Part shown: piece by piece, positions 1 to 8,542 of the stretch
Position numbering within the stretch: the stretch's first letter is position 1
Layout: every line of letters begins with the position of its first letter
Origin: an uncultured bacterium
GTDB taxonomy: Bacteria; Oederibacteriota; JAAXVQ01; JAUVAV01
Length of the DNA stretch: 64,000 bases
Reading direction: 5' to 3'
Assembly (NCBI GenBank): GCA_963710755.1
Contig: CAVQBK010000003.1
Span: 640,001-704,000, forward strand
Translations under genes and position numbers: made by a program
Notes under the pieces: model-generated
The model's input: only the letters and a program-made list of their open reading frames with translations
Told to the model about the DNA's origin: nothing
The model's database searches: none

Positions 1-164
1 AGGTGCTTGGTGGCGGTGATGGTGGTGTATTCCTCGAACAGCAGGAGTTCGCGGGGAGAAGAGCCAATGTCAAAGGTTGCCGCTTGGTCGTCGGCCCAGA
101 CGGACGGCGTCCAGAGCAGGGGTATTATAAGAACTGCTGTAAGCAGTTTTCTGAAGTCTGACAT
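1..164 (-). CDS. 5' part of a secreted protein, probably a TonB-dependent receptor (runs off the window start)
   Basis: Not in the ORF track. Reverse strand has a GAGGAGG RBS, then ATG at 164: MSDFRKLLTAVLIIPLLWTPSVWADDQAATFDIGSSPRELLLFEEYTTITATKH. Signal peptide followed by a TonB-box-like ITATK segment. Confidence 0.6.
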   Translation of the reverse strand, partial: MSDFRKLLTAVLIIPLLWTPSVWADDQAATFDIGSSPRELLLFEEYTTITATKH

Positions 165-494
165 GTGCTTCCTCCTCAATAGGTATGACGAAAGTATCGG
201 GTGAACTGATGATGCCTTTAGCCTTGTAATTTAAGATAGTACAGGTCCATGGGACCTATTCCGAAAGACCATATTCTCATGCTCAATATCTGGCAAGCAC
301 GATCCGTTGCGGCAAATAGCGGGGGGCACCAACATGCCGGCAACACCGATAATGGTGGAGGAAAAATAGGGTATCCTGGAGTGAGGAAGAAAAGGCATTT
401 TGTAGATAACTGCACGAAGAAAACTAAGAGGATTTTGACATTCTTCTGACCGGTTACAAGATTTAATTAATAATGATAAAAGGTTATTTTGGCC

Positions 495-525
495 TTGACT
501 CTTACGTTACGTCAGCATCTATCCT
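495..525 (+). promoter_or_regulatory. MerR-type promoter with 19-bp spacer and dyad operator
   Basis: TTGACT (495-500), 19 bp, TATCCT (520-525). Spacer holds the dyad CTTACGT-T-ACGTCAG. This is the architecture of autoregulated TipA/Mta promoters and lies directly upstream of the MerR gene. Confidence 0.8.
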
Positions 526-547
526 TTACTTAAAGGAGGCTGAGGTT

Positions 548-1309
548 ATGCTCTACCAGGTCAAACAAGTTGTGGCAATATCCGGTGTCAGCGTGCGCAC
601 GCTGCACCACTACGACCAGATCGGCCTGCTCAAGCCTGCATCGGTCAGTCCGGCCGGCTATAGATTGTATTCACAGCACGATCTGGAGAAGTTGCAGCAT
701 ATCCTCTTTTACAAAGAACTGGACTTTAACCTGGAGGAAATCCGGCATCTGCTCGATTTGCAGGGCCAAAAGAAAAACAAGCTTCTGCAAGCCCAACACC
801 GGTTGTTGCTGAAAAAGCAGGAGCGCCTGAAAAAAATCATTACCACGCTGGAGCATATGATGCATCCAAAGAAAGGAGCAAAAAAGATGACACAGGAATC
901 TATATTCAAAGCTTTTGACAACAGTGATTTTGAATCCCATCAAAAACAGTTTGCCGCTGAAGCGGAAAAATTATATGGCCATACCAACGCTTATAAGGAA
1001 AGCCGGGCCAGGGCCAAGAAATACAGCAAACAGGACTGGGCCAAAATCATGAATGAGGGTAATCGTATCTATCAGGAAATCGCAAATAACATGGATAAAG
1101 CCCCTGATCATGAGGTGATACGAAAATTGGTCCGGGCGTGGCAGGAGCACATCAGCCGTTATTTTTATGAATGCAGCACGGAAATGCTAAGCGGCCTGGG
1201 GGAGCTGTATGTCAATGATCAAAGATTTACAGAAAATATCGACAAAATCAAACCAGGGCTGGCCGGTTACCTTAATAAAGCGATTGCCAGCTATTGTAAA
1301 AAAGCTTAA
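548..1309 (+). CDS. MerR-family transcriptional regulator with TipAS antibiotic-binding domain (TipA/Mta-like)
   Basis: GVSVRTLHHYDQIGLLKP...GYRLY MerR helix-turn-helix; C-terminal LGELYVNDQRFTENIDKIKPGLA TipAS motif; GGAGG RBS favours ATG 548. Confidence 0.9.
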   Translation: MLYQVKQVVAISGVSVRTLHHYDQIGLLKPASVSPAGYRLYSQHDLEKLQHILFYKELDFNLEEIRHLLDLQGQKKNKLLQAQHRLLLKKQERLKKIITTLEHMMHPKKGAKKMTQESIFKAFDNSDFESHQKQFAAEAEKLYGHTNAYKESRARAKKYSKQDWAKIMNEGNRIYQEIANNMDKAPDHEVIRKLVRAWQEHISRYFYECSTEMLSGLGELYVNDQRFTENIDKIKPGLAGYLNKAIASYCKKA

Positions 1310-1420
1310 TGTGTAATAATCCAAACTTAATCGTGCCATCATTGTCAGATCTGCATGATCGCGGGGTAGACAAAGGCATCAAGTCCGAAAACTTATCTTT
1401 TTTGTTTTGAAAACTATCCC

Positions 1421-1524
1421 GTTAGGTCTATGGAGAAAGTATTTGCGAAAAGGACTATTTTTATCACCTTTTCGCAAGCTAAGGCTGCCCTCCTTCGGCA
1501 GCCGTCTTTCGAAATAGACCTAAC
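1421..1524. other. Multi-stem (three-way junction) structured element; ncRNA or MITE-like
   Basis: Perfect 11-bp outer IR (1421-1431/1514-1524), 11-bp inner IR (1443-1453/1467-1477) and 7-bp hairpin (1483-1489/1497-1503). Confidence 0.55.
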
Positions 1525-1742
1525 CAAAAAACAATCAACGTGGAAAACTCATCCTGCTGCCGCATGGTTTTCTCAAGGGCGCTGGCCGTGCTTGTCAGAT
1601 CAAGTTTGAACTAATTCAATTAAAGCAATAGAGAACACTGCTCCACGCCCTCTCCAAAGATTACAAGTCTCATCTCAACATCACGAGGATCAATTTTTGC
1701 CATTGGTCAGCAAGTTTGATCCCTGTGGTCACAAGTTTGGAT

Positions 1743-1766
1743 TGCCGGTGGCTGGCACCAACCGGT
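1743..1766 (+). repeat. 24-bp direct repeat, copy 1 (GTGGCTGGCACC core)
   Basis: TGCCGGTGGCTGGCACCAACCGGT, 23/24 identical to 4866-4889. Confidence 0.85.
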
Positions 1767-2041
1767 CACACAAAAGTTTAAAAGAAACACTTGAACCGGT
1801 TTTTGAACAACTGGAAGGATTTGATATGAAACTCCAACGAACGGAAAAGATTGAACAAGAATTGTACGAGGGGAAAATGTAATGGTTTGGAATGCTAGTG
1901 GCTTGCACCGATTCACAATTACAACAAACGACCTGAGTAAAGCCATTGATTTTGATCAATATGTGCGTATGAAATTAACAGATGCAACTGATGACGGCGG
2001 TCTTCCAGGTATTAGGTTTTAAATTTATTAAAATTATAAAT

Positions 2042-3649
2042 TTATTTCATCCCATCTGCCGCCGGTTCACTTTTTCTCCTAAAAACCACCACATACTCCG
2101 ATTTTCCGTCAAACGTGTACTCCCAATATCTACCCCAAGCCTCATATTGTTGCTTAAACTGAGGCAGGTGGTACAAGGCGGTCTCGCCGACCCAGTAATC
2201 AGCTACAAATTTATCCTTTTCCGGCTTGGTTCTGGTGGTCAGGATCACATAATCCGGATGACGGGCCAGGATGGCCTGGGGATCGTTTTTTTCGTGGAAT
2301 CGTTTATTTAGTTTGGCCACCGTTGGATTGGTCAAGCCTACCATATCAATAATCGTAAAATTGGAATAATAGCCCAAGGCGCCGATGTGATTGGCGGCAA
2401 TGACTGATCCAGCCGGGGCATGTTCAGTAAGGTATTGGGCTATTTCCCTGTGTGTCTTGATGATAAGCGCTTCAATATTAAAGGCGGGCTTTTTAACCTG
2501 TAATTGCAGCAACCCTTTCAAATCACTGGAACCAATAAAGGTATGACGCATTGGGAAAAGAAAAATAACCATCAGTAGCAGAATCATTCCGATGCGGGCA
2601 TATGCATTTTTAACAAAGCTTTGGTTCAACCAGTCCCAGCTTTTAAGAAACAGGTGGGCAACAGCAAGCCACAATAGGGCCAGCAAGGGAACAAAAAACC
2701 TGAAATACCACATCCAATCGCCACCGATAAAAATGATCAAAGCCGTGTATCCTACCAGATAGGCTGCGATTAGGTTGCGCAGATAAGCCAGCGGACCTCG
2801 CATCAAAATCAGCCCGATGGTACCCATGATCATCAACCCATAATAATGACGGGCAAAAGAAAGAAAATAAGCCATCCCGACATGCCAGGGGCTACCGCCA
2901 AGTTTGGCGTAATAGGTGTTGGATATCCATTGACCATAATAAGCGTGCCTAATCAGAAGGGCAACAAAAAAGGCACTCAGGACCAGCACGCCCTCTTTCA
3001 ACAGTTTTCGGGATAAAAGAAGATCGGGATTTTTTCGGAGAGATAACCATTTAGGCAGAAGCGAAAAACCATAAAACACGATACCTTCAACGCGGCATAA
3101 AGCCAGTAAAATAAAAACCGCCCCGGAGACAGTCCAAGTGGATTTGCTTTCAATATCTTTTAGTTGGGTTAAAAGGGATAGGAGAATTAAAAAAGCATAA
3201 AGGGAAGTTTCCATGCCTGACGCTGACCAGAAAACAAAAGCGTAAGACATCGAAAAAAAGAAAGCTGTTGCAAATGCTGTTACAAGTGTAGCTGAAGAAG
3301 ACGGGCGTAATTCATTTTTGACCATCAGCCAGAACAGACTTATTGTTCCGGCACCGAAAAGCACACTTAAAAGTTTGCTCAGAAGCGGCAGGCGGGCACG
3401 AAAAAAGGCCCCTATGGCCAGCAACAGCACCCAAAGAAAATTGGAAAAACCTTCCACCCGTTCACCAAGATTGAATACCAGCCCATGACCAGTGGCCAGG
3501 TTGTACGCATAGCGCAGGGAGATATACAAATCATCAACTGTGGCATGCTGGAAATGATAGCTGGCCATGAGAAATAATAGAATGATAATCCCCAAGCCTG
3601 TTTTGGCCACGATCGTCATAAGGGATTCAGGGTGGAGTGTCTTATTCAT
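2042..3649 (-). CDS. Polytopic GT-C-fold membrane glycosyltransferase (AftB/PMT-like)
   Basis: DDLYISLRYAYNLATGHGLVFNLGERVEGFSNFLW first-loop motif, SGMETSL, RVEG, GGDWM..FRF, C-terminal IIDMVGL; many TM segments. Confidence 0.75.
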   Translation of the reverse strand: MNKTLHPESLMTIVAKTGLGIIILLFLMASYHFQHATVDDLYISLRYAYNLATGHGLVFNLGERVEGFSNFLWVLLLAIGAFFRARLPLLSKLLSVLFGAGTISLFWLMVKNELRPSSSATLVTAFATAFFFSMSYAFVFWSASGMETSLYAFLILLSLLTQLKDIESKSTWTVSGAVFILLALCRVEGIVFYGFSLLPKWLSLRKNPDLLLSRKLLKEGVLVLSAFFVALLIRHAYYGQWISNTYYAKLGGSPWHVGMAYFLSFARHYYGLMIMGTIGLILMRGPLAYLRNLIAAYLVGYTALIIFIGGDWMWYFRFFVPLLALLWLAVAHLFLKSWDWLNQSFVKNAYARIGMILLLMVIFLFPMRHTFIGSSDLKGLLQLQVKKPAFNIEALIIKTHREIAQYLTEHAPAGSVIAANHIGALGYYSNFTIIDMVGLTNPTVAKLNKRFHEKNDPQAILARHPDYVILTTRTKPEKDKFVADYWVGETALYHLPQFKQQYEAWGRYWEYTFDGKSEYVVVFRRKSEPAADGMK

Positions 3650-4600
3650 TTAGTATCCAACAGCGATCCAATAAAAATAAGTTGCTGCCGTACTTGATCC
3701 TGCCGGCCAACTTCCCTTTACCGTAAAGCTGCTATTGGTTACATTGGTTACCACCATGATAAACATGGAGTTATCTCCGCGTCCGGGAATGCAAACGACA
3801 TTGGGCACATGGGAAAAGCTGGCCGGAAAGGTAATTGTTTTTGATCCGGAAGGAGAATCGGCGGTCAACCCTACGCCTGAAATGATAATGGGATTATTGA
3901 CCTGAGCTGGGGATATATCTTTATTATTGCTAAAATAAACCTTGGCAGCAAAGGGGGCTTCACTCTGGGAGACTGCTCCGGCGGCGATGGTTCTGGCGTC
4001 CACAGCATCAGTTTCAATATTGGGGGCCGTGATACGTTGACCGCTGGTGGTGGAGATATCAACGCCGCGAACATTGCCATCGGCAATTTTAGCCGTGGTA
4101 ACCGCATTATCGGCGATTTTGTCGGTAATGACCGCACTGTTTTCCATTTTGTCGGCCGTGACCGCATGATAGGCGAGTTTGGCATTGGTGACAGCACCGT
4201 CACTGACCGTGATGGCATTATTGGCGCACATGGCATAGGGAACGGCGCTAAGAGGCTGACGCGGCGCCATTTCGGAGTCAGACCCGACTTTTACCCCCAG
4301 ATAAAGGGGCTTGGTGAAATCAAGAATGGACACGCCTTCAACCGTCTTGCTTCCCAGGGCAACGTTAAAGTAGCCCAGCTTAGTGGTGACATCATGACTT
4401 TCCTGCCAAAGATAGCTGCCGCCTGTTGCCACATCATAGATTCTAAAACTGATGGTGTAATTGCCATCGCTCAAAGGGGCACCGTCTTGCTTGGTCAGTC
4501 TGCCCTGGTAATTGATTTGTGGCGGTACAGCAGCTAAGACCATTTGCGCACCGGAAAGTAGAAGTATTGCCAACCACAACATTATTTTTTTTCTGCTCAT
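3650..4600 (-). CDS. Secreted tail-fibre/adhesin-like protein with decapeptide repeats and C-terminal WIAxG (gp53/H-lectin-like) domain
   Basis: Signal peptide; N-domain PPQINYQGRLT...LWQESH; 10-aa repeats (DGAVTNAKLA, NSAVITDKIA, DNAVTTAKIA); ends ITFPASFSHVPNV...FYWIAVGY; GAGGGAG RBS. Confidence 0.7.
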   Translation of the reverse strand: MSRKKIMLWLAILLLSGAQMVLAAVPPQINYQGRLTKQDGAPLSDGNYTISFRIYDVATGGSYLWQESHDVTTKLGYFNVALGSKTVEGVSILDFTKPLYLGVKVGSDSEMAPRQPLSAVPYAMCANNAITVSDGAVTNAKLAYHAVTADKMENSAVITDKIADNAVTTAKIADGNVRGVDISTTSGQRITAPNIETDAVDARTIAAGAVSQSEAPFAAKVYFSNNKDISPAQVNNPIIISGVGLTADSPSGSKTITFPASFSHVPNVVCIPGRGDNSMFIMVVTNVTNSSFTVKGSWPAGSSTAATYFYWIAVGY

Positions 4601-4865
4601 TAAAATTCTCCCTCTTGTTTTGATATGACTTTTAAGCCAAACCGGCGGATTAGGTTAGAAAGATTTATAGCACAGATTAGGGCTTTTTACATCAGTGTAG
4701 AAAATCACAGGTCGGATTAAAATGGATTTCTTCATATATGGCCTCCTTTAAGCGGGTTTACTTCTTTGGACAGAAAACCCCTAAATTTATTTCATGATTT
4801 TTCAATAAAATGAGGGCAGCGGATTTTCTTACGGTCGCCTCGACAGGCTCAGTGGCCAAGGCCAA

Positions 4866-4889
4866 TGCCTGTGGCTGGCACCAACCGGT
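4866..4889 (+). repeat. 24-bp direct repeat, copy 2
   Basis: TGCCTGTGGCTGGCACCAACCGGT, 23/24 identical to 1743-1766. Confidence 0.85.
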
Positions 4890-5008
4890 TGACGATTTTA
4901 AACGCCTAAGGCCAGGATGATGGAAAATGCATGGAAACCACTTGTACTTTTAGGCCCGGTGGGGTACAAAATATTCACACCACCATCAGGTTAGGGAGGA
5001 CCAGGCTG

Positions 5009-6892
5009 TTGAAAAAAGATTTCCGCACCTACATGAAAGACCATGTCGTGCTTTTTGACGGCGCCATGGGCACCATGCTGTACAAAAAAGGGGCCTATAT
5101 CAATCAATGCTATGAAGGACTGAATCTCACTGCCCCCAAGATGGTCAGTGATATCCACGAGGAATACATCAAGGCCGGGGCGGATGTAATCGAGACCAAT
5201 ACCTATGGCGCCAATGGCTACAAGCTCAAGGGCTACGGGCTGGATAAAAAAGTAGTGGAGATCAACCAGGCGGCCGTGAGTCTGGCTCAAGATGCGGCCG
5301 GAGAAAATCATTGGGTGGCCGGGTCCGTAGGGCCTTTGGGCGCCTACTTGAAACCGCGCGGGCCCATTGCCTTCGAAGAAGCCAGGCAGTTGTTTACGGA
5401 ACAGCTCAAGGCCCTGATCGAGGCCGGGGTGGATGTGATCATCCTGGAGAGCTTTGTGGACACCAATGAATTGAAGCTGGTGGTGGAGATCATCCGCAGC
5501 CTCAGCGATCTGCCTATTATTGCCCAGGGCACATTCAACGAAAAAAACGAGACCGCCATCGGCACCACGGTTGAAACCTTTATCTGCGAGATTGGGGCGC
5601 TCGACATTGATGTCATTGGCTTTAACTGTTCCACCGGACCGGCACCCATGATCGGGCTTTTAGAAAAAGCAGTGACCCTGACCAATAAACCCCTTTCCTG
5701 CATTCCCAATGCCGGGTTTCCCAAAGTGGTGGAAGGCCGCTACATGTACCTGGCTTCCTCGGAATACATGGCGGAGTATGCCAAACGCTTTATTCAAACC
5801 GGCGCCCGCGTGGTGGGCGGATGCTGCGGTACCGGGCCCAAGCATATCAAAGCCATGCGCAGTGCCATCCGCGCGCTCTTTCCGGGCAAACAGGATTCGG
5901 AAGTAGGGGCTGTGTGTGTGACCGAAGGCGCGGGCGATGGACAACCAGAAACCCCCATGGCCGATAAAAGCAATTTTGGCAAGAAACTGGCGACCGGAGC
6001 GTTTGTGACCTCCATTGAAATAACACCGCCGCGCAGCGCTGATCCTGCAGGCGTACTGGAAAAATGCCGCTATCTCAAAGCCCACGGCATTGATGCTGTC
6101 AATATTCCCGACGGTCCCCGGGCGTCGGCCCGCCTGTCGCCTCAGGTGCTGGCCATGCTGGTAGAAAAGGAAGTGGGCATTGAGGCCGTGCTGCACTACA
6201 CCTGCCGCGACCGCAACATCATTGGCATGCAGTCGGACTTGCTGGGCCTGCATGCGGCCGGCATACGCAACCTGCTGATCATCACCGGCGACCCGCCCAA
6301 GGTGGGCGACTATCCCGAGGCCACGGCGGTTTTTGATGTGGATTCCATCGGCCTGACCAAAATTGTCTCTGGTCTTAATCATGGCCAGGATGTAGGCGGC
6401 AATCCCATTCCCCAAGCCTTGTCCTTTTTAAAAGGCGTTGGGGTTAATCCGGGGGCTATCAACCTGGAGCAGGAGATCGAACGCCTTCGTCAGAAGATTG
6501 AGGCCGGTGCGGAGTTTGCCATTACCCAGCCGGTGTTTGATCCGGAGATATTTTTACGCTTCAAGGAAAAGATCAAGGACATGACTATTCCCATCATTGC
6601 CGGGGTATGGCCGCTCATGAGTTACAAGAACGCCGAGTTCATGAATAATGAAGTACCCGGCGCCACGGTGCCTGAGCCGATCCTGGAGCGCATGCGCCAA
6701 AAAGGCAGCGGACCTGACGCACAGCAAGAAGGCGTGCTTATTGCCGGAGAAGCACTGCAACTCATTAAGGCCCATATCGCGGGTGTGCAAGTCTCGGCTG
6801 CCTTTGGCCGGGTCGATCTGGCGGTGGACGTCATGAAGGCCGGTGGCATTGACTTGGACAGTGGGGATGCGGAAAAGCCGCTTTCTGAATGA
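5009..6892 (+). CDS. yitJ: Bifunctional homocysteine S-methyltransferase / methylenetetrahydrofolate reductase (YitJ-type)
   Basis: FDGAMGT, NC, PNAG and GGCCGT Zn motifs; C-terminal MTHFR with HYTCRDRN, ITGDPP, ITQPVF. TTG start 5009 after GGAGGA. Confidence 0.9.
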   Translation: MKKDFRTYMKDHVVLFDGAMGTMLYKKGAYINQCYEGLNLTAPKMVSDIHEEYIKAGADVIETNTYGANGYKLKGYGLDKKVVEINQAAVSLAQDAAGENHWVAGSVGPLGAYLKPRGPIAFEEARQLFTEQLKALIEAGVDVIILESFVDTNELKLVVEIIRSLSDLPIIAQGTFNEKNETAIGTTVETFICEIGALDIDVIGFNCSTGPAPMIGLLEKAVTLTNKPLSCIPNAGFPKVVEGRYMYLASSEYMAEYAKRFIQTGARVVGGCCGTGPKHIKAMRSAIRALFPGKQDSEVGAVCVTEGAGDGQPETPMADKSNFGKKLATGAFVTSIEITPPRSADPAGVLEKCRYLKAHGIDAVNIPDGPRASARLSPQVLAMLVEKEVGIEAVLHYTCRDRNIIGMQSDLLGLHAAGIRNLLIITGDPPKVGDYPEATAVFDVDSIGLTKIVSGLNHGQDVGGNPIPQALSFLKGVGVNPGAINLEQEIERLRQKIEAGAEFAITQPVFDPEIFLRFKEKIKDMTIPIIAGVWPLMSYKNAEFMNNEVPGATVPEPILERMRQKGSGPDAQQEGVLIAGEALQLIKAHIAGVQVSAAFGRVDLAVDVMKAGGIDLDSGDAEKPLSE

Positions 6893-8316
6893 ACCCATCG
6901 GCCAAGACCATACAATCACTGGAAGCCATAATTCAACCGGTATTACAAAGGCTATTGCCCCGCAAAGGCCGGCTGGTGGTGGGTGTTTCCGGAGGGGCTG
7001 ACTCCATGGCCTTGCTTACGCTGCTGGTGCACTTGCTGCCCAGGCCGCAGGAGCGTTTGATAGTGGTACACGTCCATCATGGCCTGCGCGGCCGCAGCGC
7101 TGATCTGGATCTTAAACTGGTGGAGCAAACAGCGCAGCGCTATGGTCTGGTCTTCCGGGCTTTTCATGGCGATGTGGCGGCTGAAGCCAAAAGACAAAAA
7201 AAATCTTTGGAAGACGCCGGCCGTCTGCTGCGGCAACGCTGCTTTATGGACGTTGCCGCCAGCAATCAGGCCAAGGCTGTGCTGCTGGCTCAACACCAGG
7301 ACGACCAGGTGGAAACATTTTTAATGCGCTTGCTGCGCGGGGCCGGCCGCCAGGGCCTGAGCAGCATGCCGGCCAAACGGCCTTTTCCCCATCCTCAGGC
7401 GCCGTCAGGGCTGTGGCTCATCCGGCCGCTGCTGAAGGTGTCCAAAGCGGACTTGGAACACTACCTGGTAACGCAGCGGCAGCGTTGGCGCCGCGACACC
7501 AGCAATGATCAGCTTCATTTTACCCGCAATCAGCTTCGCCATCAGTTGCTGCCTTTACTTGAAAAAACCTACAACCCTCAGATTAGAGCCACCTTGGCCC
7601 AAACCATGACCAGTTTGGCCTTAGAGTCTGATTTTATTAACCTTGAAATTCAAAAAAAACAACGCCAAGTGGTATCTGTCCTCACGACACAAAAGGCCAC
7701 CGTGGATTTGAAAAAATTCAAGCGCCTTCATCCTGCATTGCAGTGGGGGCTATTAAGCTGGCTCTGGGATAATCTCCATCTGCCGGCCAAGTCGCACCGA
7801 CATCTGCAGCGGTTGATGACGGCCTGCCATCAAGGTCATGCTGGCTTGGCTTTGCCCGGCCAATGGCAGGCCCGAAGTGACCAACAAATCTTGCATATGA
7901 AAGCGCTGCAGCCTGAGAAAAAGACTCATCAAGAACCAGTGCTACTTAAAACGGGTCAAACTAAAATTTCATTGCCCGGTTTCACCGTAACCGTGGCCAC
8001 CATGGCTGTTACTGCATCTGTACCCAAAAAGCGTGGCAGCAATACGGTAATGATTGACAGTAGCTGTGGGAAGCACTTGCAAGTGCGATCGGTGTGGCCG
8101 GGCGACAAAATGCAGCCTATGGGCATGAACGGCCAGGTTAAGGAAGTTCGCAAAATCCTTGGTGAGCTTAAGCTCAGCCGTGAGGAACGACAGCATTGGC
8201 CGGTGATCCTTAATAATAAGGAAATTATCTGGGTCTATCGAGGCCCTATCGCAGAATCAGCCAAAATAACTGCCAAGACAAAGGCAGCTATAAAAATCAC
8301 CATCTATCGGCTGTGA
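6889..8316 (+). CDS. tilS: tRNA(Ile)-lysidine synthetase
   Basis: SGGADS PP-loop, HGLRG, HQDDQVETFLMRLLRG, RNQLRHQLLP. Confidence 0.95.
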   Translation: MNPSAKTIQSLEAIIQPVLQRLLPRKGRLVVGVSGGADSMALLTLLVHLLPRPQERLIVVHVHHGLRGRSADLDLKLVEQTAQRYGLVFRAFHGDVAAEAKRQKKSLEDAGRLLRQRCFMDVAASNQAKAVLLAQHQDDQVETFLMRLLRGAGRQGLSSMPAKRPFPHPQAPSGLWLIRPLLKVSKADLEHYLVTQRQRWRRDTSNDQLHFTRNQLRHQLLPLLEKTYNPQIRATLAQTMTSLALESDFINLEIQKKQRQVVSVLTTQKATVDLKKFKRLHPALQWGLLSWLWDNLHLPAKSHRHLQRLMTACHQGHAGLALPGQWQARSDQQILHMKALQPEKKTHQEPVLLKTGQTKISLPGFTVTVATMAVTASVPKKRGSNTVMIDSSCGKHLQVRSVWPGDKMQPMGMNGQVKEVRKILGELKLSREERQHWPVILNNKEIIWVYRGPIAESAKITAKTKAAIKITIYRL

Positions 8317-8408
8317 TGCCTGAAAAGCTTTGATTTATAATGTCCGAAATGAAGTGGCCAAATTTCCAGAAAAAGTGTTTCATATATTAACAGGATCACG
8401 GAAATAAG

Positions 8409-8437
8409 TTGCCAGGCCTTCGGGGGTGTGTTACGAT
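8409..8437 (+). promoter_or_regulatory. sigma70-type promoter for ftsH
   Basis: TTGCCA, 17 bp, TACGAT with extended -10 TG. Confidence 0.5.
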
Positions 8438-8542
8438 AAAAAACCTTAATTATTTCTGGATTTTTAGTAAAATTGACGGTTTTATGACCGATTATTTAAT
8501 CCTAAAGCATGAAAATCACAAGGTTGATTTGGGAGGTCGTTT

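Noticed and set aside
7-449. Short ORFs 7-204, 218-415 and 249-449
   Set aside because: The first is antisense to the probable real gene ending at 164; the others lie in the divergent promoter region with no recognisable motif.
1697-1959. Three short overlapping ORFs in the gap after tipA
   Set aside because: No RBS or motif, and they cross the 24-bp repeat; at most a gene remnant.
3650-4600. Prophage remnant
   Set aside because: The fibre-like protein has a signal peptide and there are no phage genes nearby.
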